Of a DNA stretch of 64,000 nt, positions 18,571 to 28,715 are shown one piece after another. The DNA is from Thermoplasmata archaeon. Its GTDB lineage: Archaea > Thermoplasmatota > Thermoplasmata > Halarchaeoplasmatales > Halarchaeoplasmataceae. How positions within the stretch are numbered: position 1 is the stretch's first letter; every line of letters begins with the position of its first letter. The DNA lies in assembly GCA_046498385.1 (NCBI GenBank), contig JAWOAU010000011.1, positions 4,315 to 68,314 of the forward strand. Direction: 5' to 3'. The notes beneath the pieces were generated by a model. The model worked only from the letters and a program-made list of their open reading frames with translations, was not told the DNA's origin and made no database searches. Made by a program: the position numbers and the translations under genes.

Positions 18571-19410
18571 CTACTCAATGTTCTGTACCAGTTCCATGAA
18601 CCCGTCGAATTTATCTTGGAGTATCTCCAAAGACTTCTTCAGGACTGCTTCGGTTGTTAAGGAACCGTCGGTTTCGTACCTGAGTATCAGTTTGTCGTCC
18701 AACCCCTCGACGGAGATGGCGTCTCTTTTACATGTTTCTACGCATGATTTGCATAGTTTGCATGCCTCCATGTCGCTGACCTGGATTCCGTCGTCGCCTT
18801 TTTCCAGTATACCCATCGGGCACACTTCCAGACAATCGTCACACTGGTCACATTTATCCTGGTCGATAACGACGTTGGGGTAATACTTGTATCCGACACC
18901 GCTTGTAGGCTGCCATTTGGCGTGCTCATTTGCGGTCCCTAACTCTGCAATCGCGTAGATCAATATAGCTTGATCGTCGGCCAGCTTGATGATGGGTATC
19001 AGGTCGTCGACTACCCTGAGTTCCACTTCACCTACCGGAATCAAGTCTCCTGAATAAACCGTGCACGGTCCTCTTTTATTGAGGCTGTATATCACGGTAC
19101 AGTTTGGACAGCCTTCACCATCACACTCCTCACATTCGTCCCTGAAGTTAAAGAGCTCTAAGTCCGTTGGTATGGGGATCAGACCTAACCTATGCGCGAT
19201 CATCTCGTCAAAAAGGGGCGTTGTACTCTTGTACTCCTTTGTCCCGCTTTCGTCGCCGATGGTCCCCAGGTGAAACTCCACGTCTTCGATTGCCAGCTTT
19301 GGAACGTCAGCGATCAGCACCCGCCGTAATGCATTTACTAGCGTGGGATTTGTATCGCTTAGGAATAATGTTGCCGTCCTTTCCTGCATCTCTCGAATCT
19401 CTATTTTCAT
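18571..19410 (-). CDS. rpoD: DNA-directed RNA polymerase subunit D (Rpo3) with a ferredoxin-like insertion
   Basis: NALRRVLIADVP, FDEMIAHRLGLIPI, HAKWQP, 2x CxxCxxCxxxC; follows rps11. Confidence 0.97.
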   Translation of the reverse strand: MKIEIREMQERTATLFLSDTNPTLVNALRRVLIADVPKLAIEDVEFHLGTIGDESGTKEYKSTTPLFDEMIAHRLGLIPIPTDLELFNFRDECEECDGEGCPNCTVIYSLNKRGPCTVYSGDLIPVGEVELRVVDDLIPIIKLADDQAILIYAIAELGTANEHAKWQPTSGVGYKYYPNVVIDQDKCDQCDDCLEVCPMGILEKGDDGIQVSDMEACKLCKSCVETCKRDAISVEGLDDKLILRYETDGSLTTEAVLKKSLEILQDKFDGFMELVQNIE

Positions 19411-19429
19411 CTTATCCACAAGCCGTGCT

Positions 19430-19813
19430 CTAAACTCTTCTTCCCCTTCGACCGCCCTTTGGTCTGGTAGTGTCGTGAGGGATGGGAGTTACATCTTCTA
19501 TGGTGCCTATCCTTACCCCTGCCCTGGCAAATGAACGAATGGCCGCCTGAGACCCAGGTCCGGGTGAGTGGGATTTGCTTCCGCCAGGCGCCCTGACCTT
19601 TACATGTATATTGGTGATACCCTTCTCCTTTGCATCGTCTATGGCCTTTCTAGCGGCTTCCATGGCCGCATAGGGTGAGGCCTGGTCCTTGTCTTGTCTC
19701 ACTACCATCCCTCCGGTAGCTTTGGCGATCGTCTCGGCACCAGTGATATCCGTAATGGTGATAAGCACATTGTTATAGGACGCGTATACGTGGGCGATAC
19801 CCCATTTTACCAT
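19430..19813 (-). CDS. rps11: 30S ribosomal protein S11
   Basis: [30 protein letters not shown]. Confidence 0.98.
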   Translation of the reverse strand: MVKWGIAHVYASYNNVLITITDITGAETIAKATGGMVVRQDKDQASPYAAMEAARKAIDDAKEKGITNIHVKVRAPGGSKSHSPGPGSQAAIRSFARAGVRIGTIEDVTPIPHDTTRPKGGRRGRRV

Positions 19814-19815
19814 GA

Positions 19816-20421
19816 TCATCGCCTCCTACGGCGGTTGAATTTTTTTCTTTCTTCTTCTTTTTGCATCCGTTCTTCTATAGTCATGGCCACCGCCTCGTCA
19901 CCGGGTCGCTCTGGATGAAGCTCATCTTTTAACGGGGAGTTATCGTGGTATTCAAGCGCAGCTTCATCTTCTCTATTAACCGTATAGCTGGGTATATTAA
20001 CACGTCTATCTTTTATCCTGATATGTCCGTGGGTGATAAACTGCCGTGCTTGATTGGGACTACGGGCAAGTCCTCGGTTGAAGACCACCGTCTGAAGTCG
20101 CCTGTTCAATATGTTCTCCACTTCCAAGTTCAACACGTCGTTGATCCCTATATTTTCACCTACCAAATATCCCTTTTGGTGGAGCATGCTGAGGAGTTCG
20201 TCTATTTCTTTGGTTGCCTGTTTATCCCCATATCTCAACCTGGCTTGAAGATGGCGTGCCTGTCCTCTTATTCTTTTGAGATTCGACTTTGCCTTCCAGA
20301 ATTCTTTTTTATTCTTAAGACCGTAGTGCCTCATGTAATCGTTTTCAACCTTAATACGATCTGCCTGCCAAGGGTGTGGTGGGTTCTGATATTTCTTTCT
20401 GCTAAATTTTGGGTCGCCCAT
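19816..20421 (-). CDS. rps4: 30S ribosomal protein S4
   Basis: [26 protein letters not shown]...[11 protein letters not shown]; start at ATG 20421. Confidence 0.98.
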   Translation of the reverse strand: MGDPKFSRKKYQNPPHPWQADRIKVENDYMRHYGLKNKKEFWKAKSNLKRIRGQARHLQARLRYGDKQATKEIDELLSMLHQKGYLVGENIGINDVLNLEVENILNRRLQTVVFNRGLARSPNQARQFITHGHIRIKDRRVNIPSYTVNREDEAALEYHDNSPLKDELHPERPGDEAVAMTIEERMQKEEERKKFNRRRRR

Positions 20422-20434
20422 GAGATCACTGTCC

Positions 20435-20911
20435 TTATTTATTCTCTCCCATAACCTTTCTACGCTGTACACCTACAGTCATCCCAGACCTTCCGTTAGA
20501 CCGGGTACGTTGTCCTCTAACCTTCTGACCTTGTTCGTGACGTATACCCCGATAGCAGCTTATCTTCTTGAGCCTGTTGAAATCCTCTCGTAGGGTAAGG
20601 TCCAGATCGTTACCAAAAAGGTGCAGGTTTTTTCCGGAATGGGGATCTCTTTTTCGATTGAACATCCATTCCGGCGCCATATCCGAAAAGCGTTGGAGTG
20701 CGCCCTTTAGCTTTTCTACCTCCTGGTCTTCAAGGGTACCTATCTTTTGAGAGGGATCTACTTCTGCATCCCTAACTATAGACTCCGCTACACGGGTGCC
20801 TACCCCCTTGATGCCTCTAAGTGCATAAAGCGTAGGTTGTTCCCCATCTAGGTCGGTATTCATAAGACGGACTATGTAGTTGAAATCCTCTGCGTGTTCT
20901 TCGTCAGCCAA
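20435..20911 (-). CDS. rps13: 30S ribosomal protein S13
   Basis: IKGVG, YRGIRHEQGQKVRGQRTRSNGR; TTG start with GGAGG RBS. Confidence 0.98.
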   Translation of the reverse strand: MADEEHAEDFNYIVRLMNTDLDGEQPTLYALRGIKGVGTRVAESIVRDAEVDPSQKIGTLEDQEVEKLKGALQRFSDMAPEWMFNRKRDPHSGKNLHLFGNDLDLTLREDFNRLKKISCYRGIRHEQGQKVRGQRTRSNGRSGMTVGVQRRKVMGENK

Positions 20912-21228
20912 GTTAATTTCCTCCTTTTAAGTATGGTGGAGTATTGTTAGGATGAAACGCTACAATGCCGCTCATATAAAAGCGTTGTCCTTTATCAGTC
21001 TGTCAGGTTCTTAGTGATATTTGTACATATCTGTGAAATCATTAAACGTTTGACAGGCTCATTTTGGGATAATTTATTTATAGTACTTCGACCTCAGCCG
21101 CACTTGGAGAACCCTCCATGTACGATAGATCAAGGATGCCGTGCTCAACGTCTTCATGTGTTTTTTGGAATATTTATGGAAGGTTTTCTTTTCGGAGATG
21201 CTTTTTTTGAATAGAGGTGTAATCCATT

Positions 21229-21486
21229 ATGGAAGATAAAAATAAGTCTGACCAGAAATGCTGGTTGATAGAAAAAAAGGAAAAAAAGGGAGAACTCTGC
21301 GTGATCTACGAGAGGTGTAAAGGGTGCGGCTACTGTATCGAGTTCTGCCCGGTAAATGCACTGGAATTTTCCAAAGATACCACTGAAAGAGGTTATCTCC
21401 TCCCTGATATGGTCGGAGAGTGCGTACTCTGTGGAAAATGCGAAAAAATGTGCCCTGAATTTGCAATATATCTAAAGGAGGAATGA
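21229..21486 (+). CDS. korD: 2-oxoacid:ferredoxin oxidoreductase delta subunit
   Basis: CKGCGYCIEFCP / CVLCGKCEKMCP; first gene of the OFOR operon. Confidence 0.85.
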   Translation: MEDKNKSDQKCWLIEKKEKKGELCVIYERCKGCGYCIEFCPVNALEFSKDTTERGYLLPDMVGECVLCGKCEKMCPEFAIYLKEE

Positions 21487-22667
21487 ACATGGGAGTTATG
21501 AAAAAAGGAACGTATTTCATGGACGGCAACACCGCTTGTGCGGAAGGTGCGATAATGGCGGGATGTACCTTTTTTGGCGGCTATCCTATCACCCCAGCAA
21601 CGGAGATCTTAGAAAGACTGACCAACCGTTTTCCCGAGATACACGGTAGCTACCTTCAGATGGAGGACGAACTGGCGAGTATAGCCGCGGTCATCGGTGC
21701 ATCGTGGGCCGGGAGAAAGGCCATGACCGCAACCTCCGGTCCAGGATTCAGTTTGATGATGGAGAACTACGGCTTTGCCCTTATGACCGAAACGCCGTGT
21801 GTTATAGTTAACGTAATGCGGGGAGGACCGTCCACGGGCTTGCCTACTATGGTGGCCCAGGGGGACGTGATGCAGACACGTTGGGGTACTCACGGTGACG
21901 TTGGTGTTATCGTGCTCAGTCCTTCCTCTCCTCAGGAGATGTTCGACTTCACGATCGAAGCATTCAATCTGTCGGAAGAATACCGACTGCCGGTGGTGCT
22001 TTTGTCCGACGAGATGGTTTCTCATATGACGGAGAAGGTTAACATACCTGCAAAGGAAGAAGTTAGGATAATCAACAGAAAGAAACCGGATGTCCCCCCT
22101 GAAGAATATCTACCCTACTGCCCTGACGAAAACCTAGTTCCTCCCATGGCCTGTACCGGCGAGGGATACTCTATACATGTGACAGGGTTAGCCCATGATG
22201 AAAGAGGGTACCCTGTCATAGACGAAAGGGTACAAAACAACCTGGTCACCAGGTTGATAGACAAGATAAGGAAAAATTCTGAAGACATACTTCGGTATGA
22301 AGAATACATGGTGGACGATGCGGATATAATCGTTGTTTCCTACGGCAGTGCGTCCCGCTCCGCCAGAGAAGCCATCGATATGGCTAGGGAGAAAGGTATA
22401 AAAGCCGGCCTTCTACGGCCGATCACCATATGGCCCTTCCCGGAGGACAGAATACACCAGTTGGCTAAAGGGGGACTGAACGCCCTGGTAGTGGCGGAAA
22501 TAAACTTTGGGCAGATAGTTTACGAAGTACAAAGGTGCAGTGACGGCCGCTGCCCCACCTATCTTGTACCCCGTATGGGCGGAAGTATACATACGCCTGA
22601 AGAAATAGTTGAGCGATTGGAGAAGGTAGATAAAGATGAAATACAGTTGGAGGAGGGAGATGTATGA
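21483..22667 (+). CDS. korA: 2-oxoacid:ferredoxin oxidoreductase alpha subunit (KOR-type)
   Basis: GYPITPATE, QMEDE, TSGPGFSLM, RGGPSTG. Confidence 0.92.
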   Translation: MNMGVMKKGTYFMDGNTACAEGAIMAGCTFFGGYPITPATEILERLTNRFPEIHGSYLQMEDELASIAAVIGASWAGRKAMTATSGPGFSLMMENYGFALMTETPCVIVNVMRGGPSTGLPTMVAQGDVMQTRWGTHGDVGVIVLSPSSPQEMFDFTIEAFNLSEEYRLPVVLLSDEMVSHMTEKVNIPAKEEVRIINRKKPDVPPEEYLPYCPDENLVPPMACTGEGYSIHVTGLAHDERGYPVIDERVQNNLVTRLIDKIRKNSEDILRYEEYMVDDADIIVVSYGSASRSAREAIDMAREKGIKAGLLRPITIWPFPEDRIHQLAKGGLNALVVAEINFGQIVYEVQRCSDGRCPTYLVPRMGGSIHTPEEIVERLEKVDKDEIQLEEGDV

Positions 22668-23569
22668 GCATAAGAAGGAGCAGAAATTGGTTTTCTCCGG
22701 ACTATTTGAATCAGCGCCGGGAAAAGGAGTCCGTGTACGGCCTTCATCCACTGGACGATTACCTTAAAAAAGAACGTATACCCCATATCTGGTGTCCGGG
22801 ATGCGGGCTTGGAGTAGTCTTGAGTGCTTATCTAAGGGCCTTAAAGGATTCTGGCATACCAAAGGAAAAGGCTGCGGTTGTATCGGGCATAGGTTGTACC
22901 GGTAGGGCGGCGGGGTACGTTAATATGGACTCGTTCCACATGACCCATGGTCGTGCCATACCCTTCGCCACGGGATTAAAGATAGGCAACCCAGATGTGG
23001 TAACCACCGTGTTCAGCGGCGACGGAGACCTTTTCGCCATCGGCGGCAATCACTTCATACATGCCGCCAGACGAAACGTTGATTTCAACGTGATCTGTGT
23101 GAACAACTTCAACTACGGGATGACCGGCGGTCAGGCCGCCCCGACCACGCCTATGGATGCAAAGACTTCCACCACCCCTTACGGCGGTTTCGAACACCCG
23201 TTCAATCTGCCGTCTGTAGCCGCCGGCTCAGGGGCGGTATACGTGGCTAGGTGGACCACCTATCATGTTGAACAGCTTACGAAGGGGATAGAGGAGGCAC
23301 TCAACAAGGAAGGTTTCTGTTTCATTGAAGTCCTATCTCCTTGTCCCACCGGCTATGGTCAAAAGGCAGGTCAGGAGACCGGTAGGGATACCATGAAGTA
23401 TTACAAGGAGAACAGCAGGGTCGAACACGGAGCGGACACTAAGGACGTCTCTCTCCGCAGGGATAAAGAGATAATCGTGGGAAAGTTCGTTGATAGGAGT
23501 GCCCCTACCTTCCAGCAAAAACGTGGCGAAGTATTTCAGAAGGCAAGAGACGACTTGGGGGTAAAATGA
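22664..23569 (+). CDS. korB: 2-oxoacid:ferredoxin oxidoreductase beta subunit
   Basis: WCPGCG, SGIGC, HGRA, GDGD...NN TPP-binding motif, SPCP. Confidence 0.92.
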   Translation: MSIRRSRNWFSPDYLNQRREKESVYGLHPLDDYLKKERIPHIWCPGCGLGVVLSAYLRALKDSGIPKEKAAVVSGIGCTGRAAGYVNMDSFHMTHGRAIPFATGLKIGNPDVVTTVFSGDGDLFAIGGNHFIHAARRNVDFNVICVNNFNYGMTGGQAAPTTPMDAKTSTTPYGGFEHPFNLPSVAAGSGAVYVARWTTYHVEQLTKGIEEALNKEGFCFIEVLSPCPTGYGQKAGQETGRDTMKYYKENSRVEHGADTKDVSLRRDKEIIVGKFVDRSAPTFQQKRGEVFQKARDDLGVK

Positions 23570-24096
23570 TGAGAACAGAACTGCGTTTCGCCGGCTTCGG
23601 AGGTCAAGGAGTGATAATGATGGGGCATATAATGGGAAAGGCCGCAGTTATCGACGGTAAGAACGTTACATTGACCCAGAGCTACGGTCCTGAAGCAAGA
23701 GGCGGTGCATGCAGCGTTGATGTGATAGTTAGCGACGGTGAGATATACTATCCCCATGTAAGGGAGCCGGATGTTCTTGTTATAATGTCCCAATCCGCCC
23801 TAAAATCCTACGCATCAAATGTTAAAAAAGATGGGATACTGCTGGTCGATAACGGTCTTGTGGAATGTTCGAAGATCGACATGGAAGTCAAAGGGCTCCC
23901 GGCGACCGAGTTTGCCAAGGATGAACTGAATACGAGAATAGTTTCCAATATAGTGATGCTTGGTTTTCTAGTAGGTGTGACTGAATTGGTGGACGTTTCG
24001 TCCATGAAAGAAGCCATCCGCAGCCTGGTACCGGGTGGGACCGAGGATAAGAACATCGATGCCTTTGAAATCGGGTACCAAGAAGGAAAAAAATGA
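23566..24096 (+). CDS. korC: 2-oxoacid:ferredoxin oxidoreductase gamma subunit
   Basis: GFGGQG, SYGPEARGG. Confidence 0.92.
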   Translation: MMRTELRFAGFGGQGVIMMGHIMGKAAVIDGKNVTLTQSYGPEARGGACSVDVIVSDGEIYYPHVREPDVLVIMSQSALKSYASNVKKDGILLVDNGLVECSKIDMEVKGLPATEFAKDELNTRIVSNIVMLGFLVGVTELVDVSSMKEAIRSLVPGGTEDKNIDAFEIGYQEGKK

Positions 24097-24150
24097 TCCC
24101 ATGGTCAAAAACGATATATTAATCGATACCTATGAGGGTGCTGATTTACC

Positions 24151-24996
24151 ATGTTGATAAAAGGACCGGGTTCGCCGGGTTTATGTGAACGGTTGGAAGT
24201 TTCTGAGAGTGTTGAAGTTAAAAGCAAGGTGTTCCCCGACGGAGAGATATACGTTCGGTTAGAGGGGGACGTTACCGGTGAAGACTGCGTACTGGTGCAG
24301 ACAACCTATCCCAACAAACACCTTATTGAAATGCTGTTTATACTGGATGCACTGGTGGAAAACCAAGCCTCGTCGGTTACAACGGTGATACCTTACTACA
24401 GCTATTCCAGGCAGGACAAGGCGTTCAAGGAAGGTGAATGCGTAAGCTCTCGTGCCATTGCAAGGATTATATCAACCTGTGCCGATGAATTTTACAGTAT
24501 CGACCTTCATTCTAAAAGTATAGTCAATTTTTTCAACGTACCGGCTGAAAATCTAGAGGCAATGGGCCTCTTGGCAGAACATTCGCTCAAGTACGAGCCG
24601 GACATGCTCCTTTCTCCGGACGAAGGGGGTAGAGGGCGTGTTATGCTCGCTTCCGAAAGGGTAGGCGTACCCTGGGACTATCTTAAAAAGACCAGGATCG
24701 ATGATTCCACCGTTGAGATCAAACCCAAAAACCTGGGAGTAGAGGGCAAGACAGTGGTCATTTTAGACGACATAATCTCCACCGGCGGTACCATGATGGA
24801 GGCAGCAAAACAACTGTACGATAAGGGAGCCGAAGAGGTACATGCAGGGTGCACCCACGGACTGTTCGTTGAAGGTTCCGACAAAAAGCTGAAAAAATAC
24901 TTTGAATCCGTATTTTGCACGGATACAATCGAGGGAAAGAACAGCGATGTAACAGTAGCACCGCTGATCAAAGAAAAGGTATTCCATAGGCTTTAG
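24151..24996 (+). CDS. prs: Ribose-phosphate pyrophosphokinase
   Basis: FPDGEIYVR, PYYSYSRQDK, VILDDIISTGGT. Confidence 0.95.
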   Translation: MLIKGPGSPGLCERLEVSESVEVKSKVFPDGEIYVRLEGDVTGEDCVLVQTTYPNKHLIEMLFILDALVENQASSVTTVIPYYSYSRQDKAFKEGECVSSRAIARIISTCADEFYSIDLHSKSIVNFFNVPAENLEAMGLLAEHSLKYEPDMLLSPDEGGRGRVMLASERVGVPWDYLKKTRIDDSTVEIKPKNLGVEGKTVVILDDIISTGGTMMEAAKQLYDKGAEEVHAGCTHGLFVEGSDKKLKKYFESVFCTDTIEGKNSDVTVAPLIKEKVFHRL

Positions 24997-25115
24997 TTCG
25001 AAGACTGTGCGAAATTCCTTTTATAATACCTTTACACTTAGAACAACATAAGAAGACATGACGATAAACCTCCTCAACCCTTTTTAAGAGGGTTTTCGAG
25101 GAGATCTCTAGGTGT

Positions 25116-26027
25116 ATGTGGATGACGGTTAAGAAAAGTATCTGGGTCGCCGCAGCGGCATTCATCGTATTAGCAGCATTAGCACCTATTGCACATGCTC
25201 AGCACTCACTTCCGGGTGAATTGGGGGTGGACATAGATACCGAAGAAAACCCCATCATCTCATTATCATCGGAAAAAGACGTTTTCCTTTTCTCGGTAGA
25301 GTATGTTGCACTACAATTTCGGCCCGAAGAGGGCGGCTTGGAGGACGTGTCATTGGATACGGATTGGGAGGTATCGACGAGCTCCTTTACTCACCACGAA
25401 TTCCCCCACATCTACGTGACCATGAAAACGTCTTTACCACTCCAGGACCAGGAGATAGGACTCAACTTCCGTTTTAACATACTTTCCGTAAAAGATACTT
25501 CTGAGATATCATTTAACTTTGAGATAGATAGATTAGACGGGGAGATATTAGGTGATTTCTTTGTGGTACAGACCATCAATGCTAACGGTGAGATAATGCA
25601 CAGCCCGGGATATTTGATACCCGGACAAGACCCCATCATGTATTACGAGTTCGACCTGGTTGAAAATAGGAAAGGTTACTACAGTTGGAGTACCATAGCT
25701 AATGTAGATGGAGGTACGCAAGATACCAAGGTTGAAACACCTTTACCGGATGAACACACCTTGTTTTTAGGTATTTCATACGATGACCCCGAAGCGGATA
25801 GAGTTTACATCTCATCGATCGAGCTGGAAAAGTCCATGGTGAGCGGTGCCCTGGTGCCGGTACCGGAATCGTACAGCCGCCTGCCGTCTTTTGTGATTGG
25901 GATGCTCGTGGCAGGTGGCTTCGTGATAGGTTTCCTTTTCCAGGAGAGGACACGCTTTTACAAAAAAGAAGATTCTACAAGCATAGTTCGATTAGAAGAT
26001 TCTCCTTATTACCGTGGTAAAGAATAA
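25116..26027 (+). CDS. Hypothetical secreted protein with a C-terminal membrane anchor
   Basis: Sec signal ending AHA, acidic beta-rich body, C-terminal TM helix and charged tail. Confidence 0.7.
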   Translation: MWMTVKKSIWVAAAAFIVLAALAPIAHAQHSLPGELGVDIDTEENPIISLSSEKDVFLFSVEYVALQFRPEEGGLEDVSLDTDWEVSTSSFTHHEFPHIYVTMKTSLPLQDQEIGLNFRFNILSVKDTSEISFNFEIDRLDGEILGDFFVVQTINANGEIMHSPGYLIPGQDPIMYYEFDLVENRKGYYSWSTIANVDGGTQDTKVETPLPDEHTLFLGISYDDPEADRVYISSIELEKSMVSGALVPVPESYSRLPSFVIGMLVAGGFVIGFLFQERTRFYKKEDSTSIVRLEDSPYYRGKE

Positions 26028-26671
26028 GGAAGTTCAAGCAGATCCGCAAGTTCGGTTAAACCCTTCCCCTTTCTGGCATTGGCTTCTATTAACGTTCCGT
26101 TGGGATTTATCTTTTTGTGATCGCTCCTGATTATGTCAAGGTCAACTTCCATCACATCCACAAGGTCCACTTTGTTCAACACCGTGATATCTGCCTGGGA
26201 AAATATCAGAGGATGCTTACGCACCATATCGTCGCCTTCTGTGACAGATATGACAACTATGTCGCCTTCCGTACCAAGGGGGAAATCTACGGGACATATT
26301 AGATTACCCACGTTCTCTATGAATAGGTAATCTATATCCTCCAGAGGTATATCTTCCAAAGCATGATTGACCAGGTGTGCGTCCAGATGACAGTCCTTTC
26401 CGGTGTTGATGGATATTGAACGTATCCCATGTGATTCAAAACGCATATGGTCGTCTTCACCTGTTAGGTCGCCAGCGATGGCCCCTATGTTTTTGTCTTT
26501 CATCCCTTTGTAAAGTGATTCTATCAGCGTAGTTTTACCAGATCCTATGGCTCCTAGTACGTTGAATGCTCTGATATTGTGTTCCTTAAATGCATGTTCG
26601 TTCAGATGAGCTATGCGTTGATTTTCTTCCAGTATGTTCTTCTCCATACTAACATCACAGATTTTGTGCAT
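26009..26671 (-). CDS. hypB: Hydrogenase nickel incorporation GTPase HypB
   Basis: GAIGSGKT, CHLDA, ENVGNLICP, EGDDMVRKHP, NKVD. Confidence 0.95.
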   Translation of the reverse strand: MHKICDVSMEKNILEENQRIAHLNEHAFKEHNIRAFNVLGAIGSGKTTLIESLYKGMKDKNIGAIAGDLTGEDDHMRFESHGIRSISINTGKDCHLDAHLVNHALEDIPLEDIDYLFIENVGNLICPVDFPLGTEGDIVVISVTEGDDMVRKHPLIFSQADITVLNKVDLVDVMEVDLDIIRSDHKKINPNGTLIEANARKGKGLTELADLLELPYSLPR

Positions 26672-26695
26672 CGTAGAATCTCATTCCATGGTGTT

Positions 26696-28606
26696 TTATA
26701 AAGTTTGTTCAACTTTTCTATGGAAGAATTCACGTATATCTTGTCCCGGGTCCTCAGTAGGTTTCAATCCCGGTAGATATTCCTTAAAATGGACCGCCCT
26801 ATCGTCCATGATCAAGACCACACCCAGGTCCTTCTCGCTACGCACGACCCGTCCCGAGGACTGGAGTATTTTACGTACCGCCGGCGCCTTAACGGTGTAC
26901 TCCCACCCTTTGCCGAATTTTATATCGTAGTAGTGCTGCAGTCCCTTCTGTCTGGCAGTTGGTTTCGGATAGGGTATGCCCACTATGATCGCCACCTCTA
27001 ACTCCTTTCCCGGAAAGTCCATCCCCTCGCTTATCCGCCCTCCGATTACGGAAAATAGCGTACCCCCGTTTCTCTTGAACCGGTCTACCAGGGCCATCAA
27101 CTCGGGCTGGCTCATGTCCTGCTCCTCCACAAAAGTGTTGTTCTGGCAAAAGGAGATGCACACTTCACTCATCAGCTTGTAACTGGGAAAAAAGACCACG
27201 GTGTTGCGCCGTATGCCGTTTAGGACCCCTTTTAGAACGCCCCTTATCTTCTCCACCATGGTACCGTCTCGCGCGATATACTGGTATTTGGTGGTGATTT
27301 CCTCTAAATAGTACACCGCCTTGTTCTCCGGTGGAAAGGGAGGGGGGTAGATACGGGTAACGGTGTCAAAGGGCAGTCCCAGGGAGTCCCGGTATTCGTT
27401 CAGGGGTTCAAGGGTACCGGACATGTGTATGCTGGTGTGGCAGTGGTTTAAGCACTCGGTTACGTGGCTTGGGTCCAAGCAGTAGCCTTCGATGGCGGGA
27501 TTACTCCCTCCTTTTACCAGCTTTATGTAATGACTTCTCTCCATATTTATCCAGAACTGCAAAAAATTTGCCATGGAGTTCATGTGAGAGCGTGGCAATT
27601 TTTTATCATCCCTCTTTTCCTGCTGTACCAGTTCCCCCTGGAGTTTCAGGTCGAAAACGATATCTTTTATGTCGTTAGTGTTTACCTTCAAAGAGTGCAT
27701 GAGCTCGGTTTTCAGCTCGTCCGGTGGTACCAATCCGTCTTCGTCTGTTACATACTCCCGCACCATTTCATCTATTATCCTAGAAAGTGTCCGACCGAGT
27801 TGGGTCACGGGAATATCCGGTCCTACCTTAGGGTCTTTTCTCTCAACGCCCTCAGAGACGGTCCTTTCGATGCTTATCTGACTCATATCTCCGGACGCAA
27901 GTTCACGGGCGTAGTCCGGTAGGTTATGGGCTTCGTCGACCACCACTATCAGATCATCTATCTCAACACCCATCCACTCCAGCAGCCGCCGGCGTATGAA
28001 GGGAACAAAAAAGTAAACGTAGGGTGCGGTCACAAGGACCGCACTGTTGACCAGCAGCTTTGATGCCTCGTAGGGACAAACGCACAGTTCGGTGCATTTT
28101 TCCATGAGTTCACCGTTGGTCGGCATGCTGTCCTCGGCCCACCTTCTCAGCTCGTCGAAGGGCGAAGTGAGCAGACCGGCATAGTAGGGGCAGCTGAATT
28201 TTTCTTTCCCCTCGCTTACCTGCTGTCTTACCTCTTTTTTTCTGTCTCCACAGTATTTTGAAAGCTCTTCGGCACTGCCCTGGGACAGATCCTCGTCGTT
28301 CAAGGCCAATATACATGTGTTGTTCCTGCCCTGGAGACCTGTGCCAAAAGATCCACCGGTTCGCCTTAGCTCGAGTATCACCTGTTTTTGCTGGGAGTTG
28401 GTCCGGGTAAGGTAAAGGATCCGTTTTCCATTTTTTTTAGCGTATTCTAAGGTGGGTGCCAAGGTACATATGGTTTTTCCCGAACCCGTCGAGGCCTGGA
28501 ATACCAGAGGTATCTTATTTTTAACACTGGACCGTATGTCGTCCATGATATCTTCCTGATTTTTCCTGGGCCTATATGGGAAAAGGGGATTATCGGATAG
28601 AGCCAT
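26696..28606 (-). CDS. xpd: XPD/Rad3/DinG-family Fe-S DNA helicase
   Basis: FPYRPRKNQ Q-motif, STGSGKT, four Fe-S cysteines, DEAH, SEGMDF, QSSGRVVR; probable start ATG 28606. Confidence 0.9.
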   Translation of the reverse strand: MALSDNPLFPYRPRKNQEDIMDDIRSSVKNKIPLVFQASTGSGKTICTLAPTLEYAKKNGKRILYLTRTNSQQKQVILELRRTGGSFGTGLQGRNNTCILALNDEDLSQGSAEELSKYCGDRKKEVRQQVSEGKEKFSCPYYAGLLTSPFDELRRWAEDSMPTNGELMEKCTELCVCPYEASKLLVNSAVLVTAPYVYFFVPFIRRRLLEWMGVEIDDLIVVVDEAHNLPDYARELASGDMSQISIERTVSEGVERKDPKVGPDIPVTQLGRTLSRIIDEMVREYVTDEDGLVPPDELKTELMHSLKVNTNDIKDIVFDLKLQGELVQQEKRDDKKLPRSHMNSMANFLQFWINMERSHYIKLVKGGSNPAIEGYCLDPSHVTECLNHCHTSIHMSGTLEPLNEYRDSLGLPFDTVTRIYPPPFPPENKAVYYLEEITTKYQYIARDGTMVEKIRGVLKGVLNGIRRNTVVFFPSYKLMSEVCISFCQNNTFVEEQDMSQPELMALVDRFKRNGGTLFSVIGGRISEGMDFPGKELEVAIIVGIPYPKPTARQKGLQHYYDIKFGKGWEYTVKAPAVRKILQSSGRVVRSEKDLGVVLIMDDRAVHFKEYLPGLKPTEDPGQDIREFFHRKVEQTL

Positions 28607-28715
28607 CTTTTTCAGGTGCTCATGGACCTTGGACTTAAATAAGTTCCCTAGAGGGGTACGCGAAAGTGAGGCGTAAAAACCTAATAACAGCGTGTTAGTA
28701 AAGGCTAGAATACAC

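Noticed and set aside
18700..19140. Fe-S/ferredoxin motifs inside RpoD
   Set aside because: Known feature of many archaeal Rpo3 subunits.
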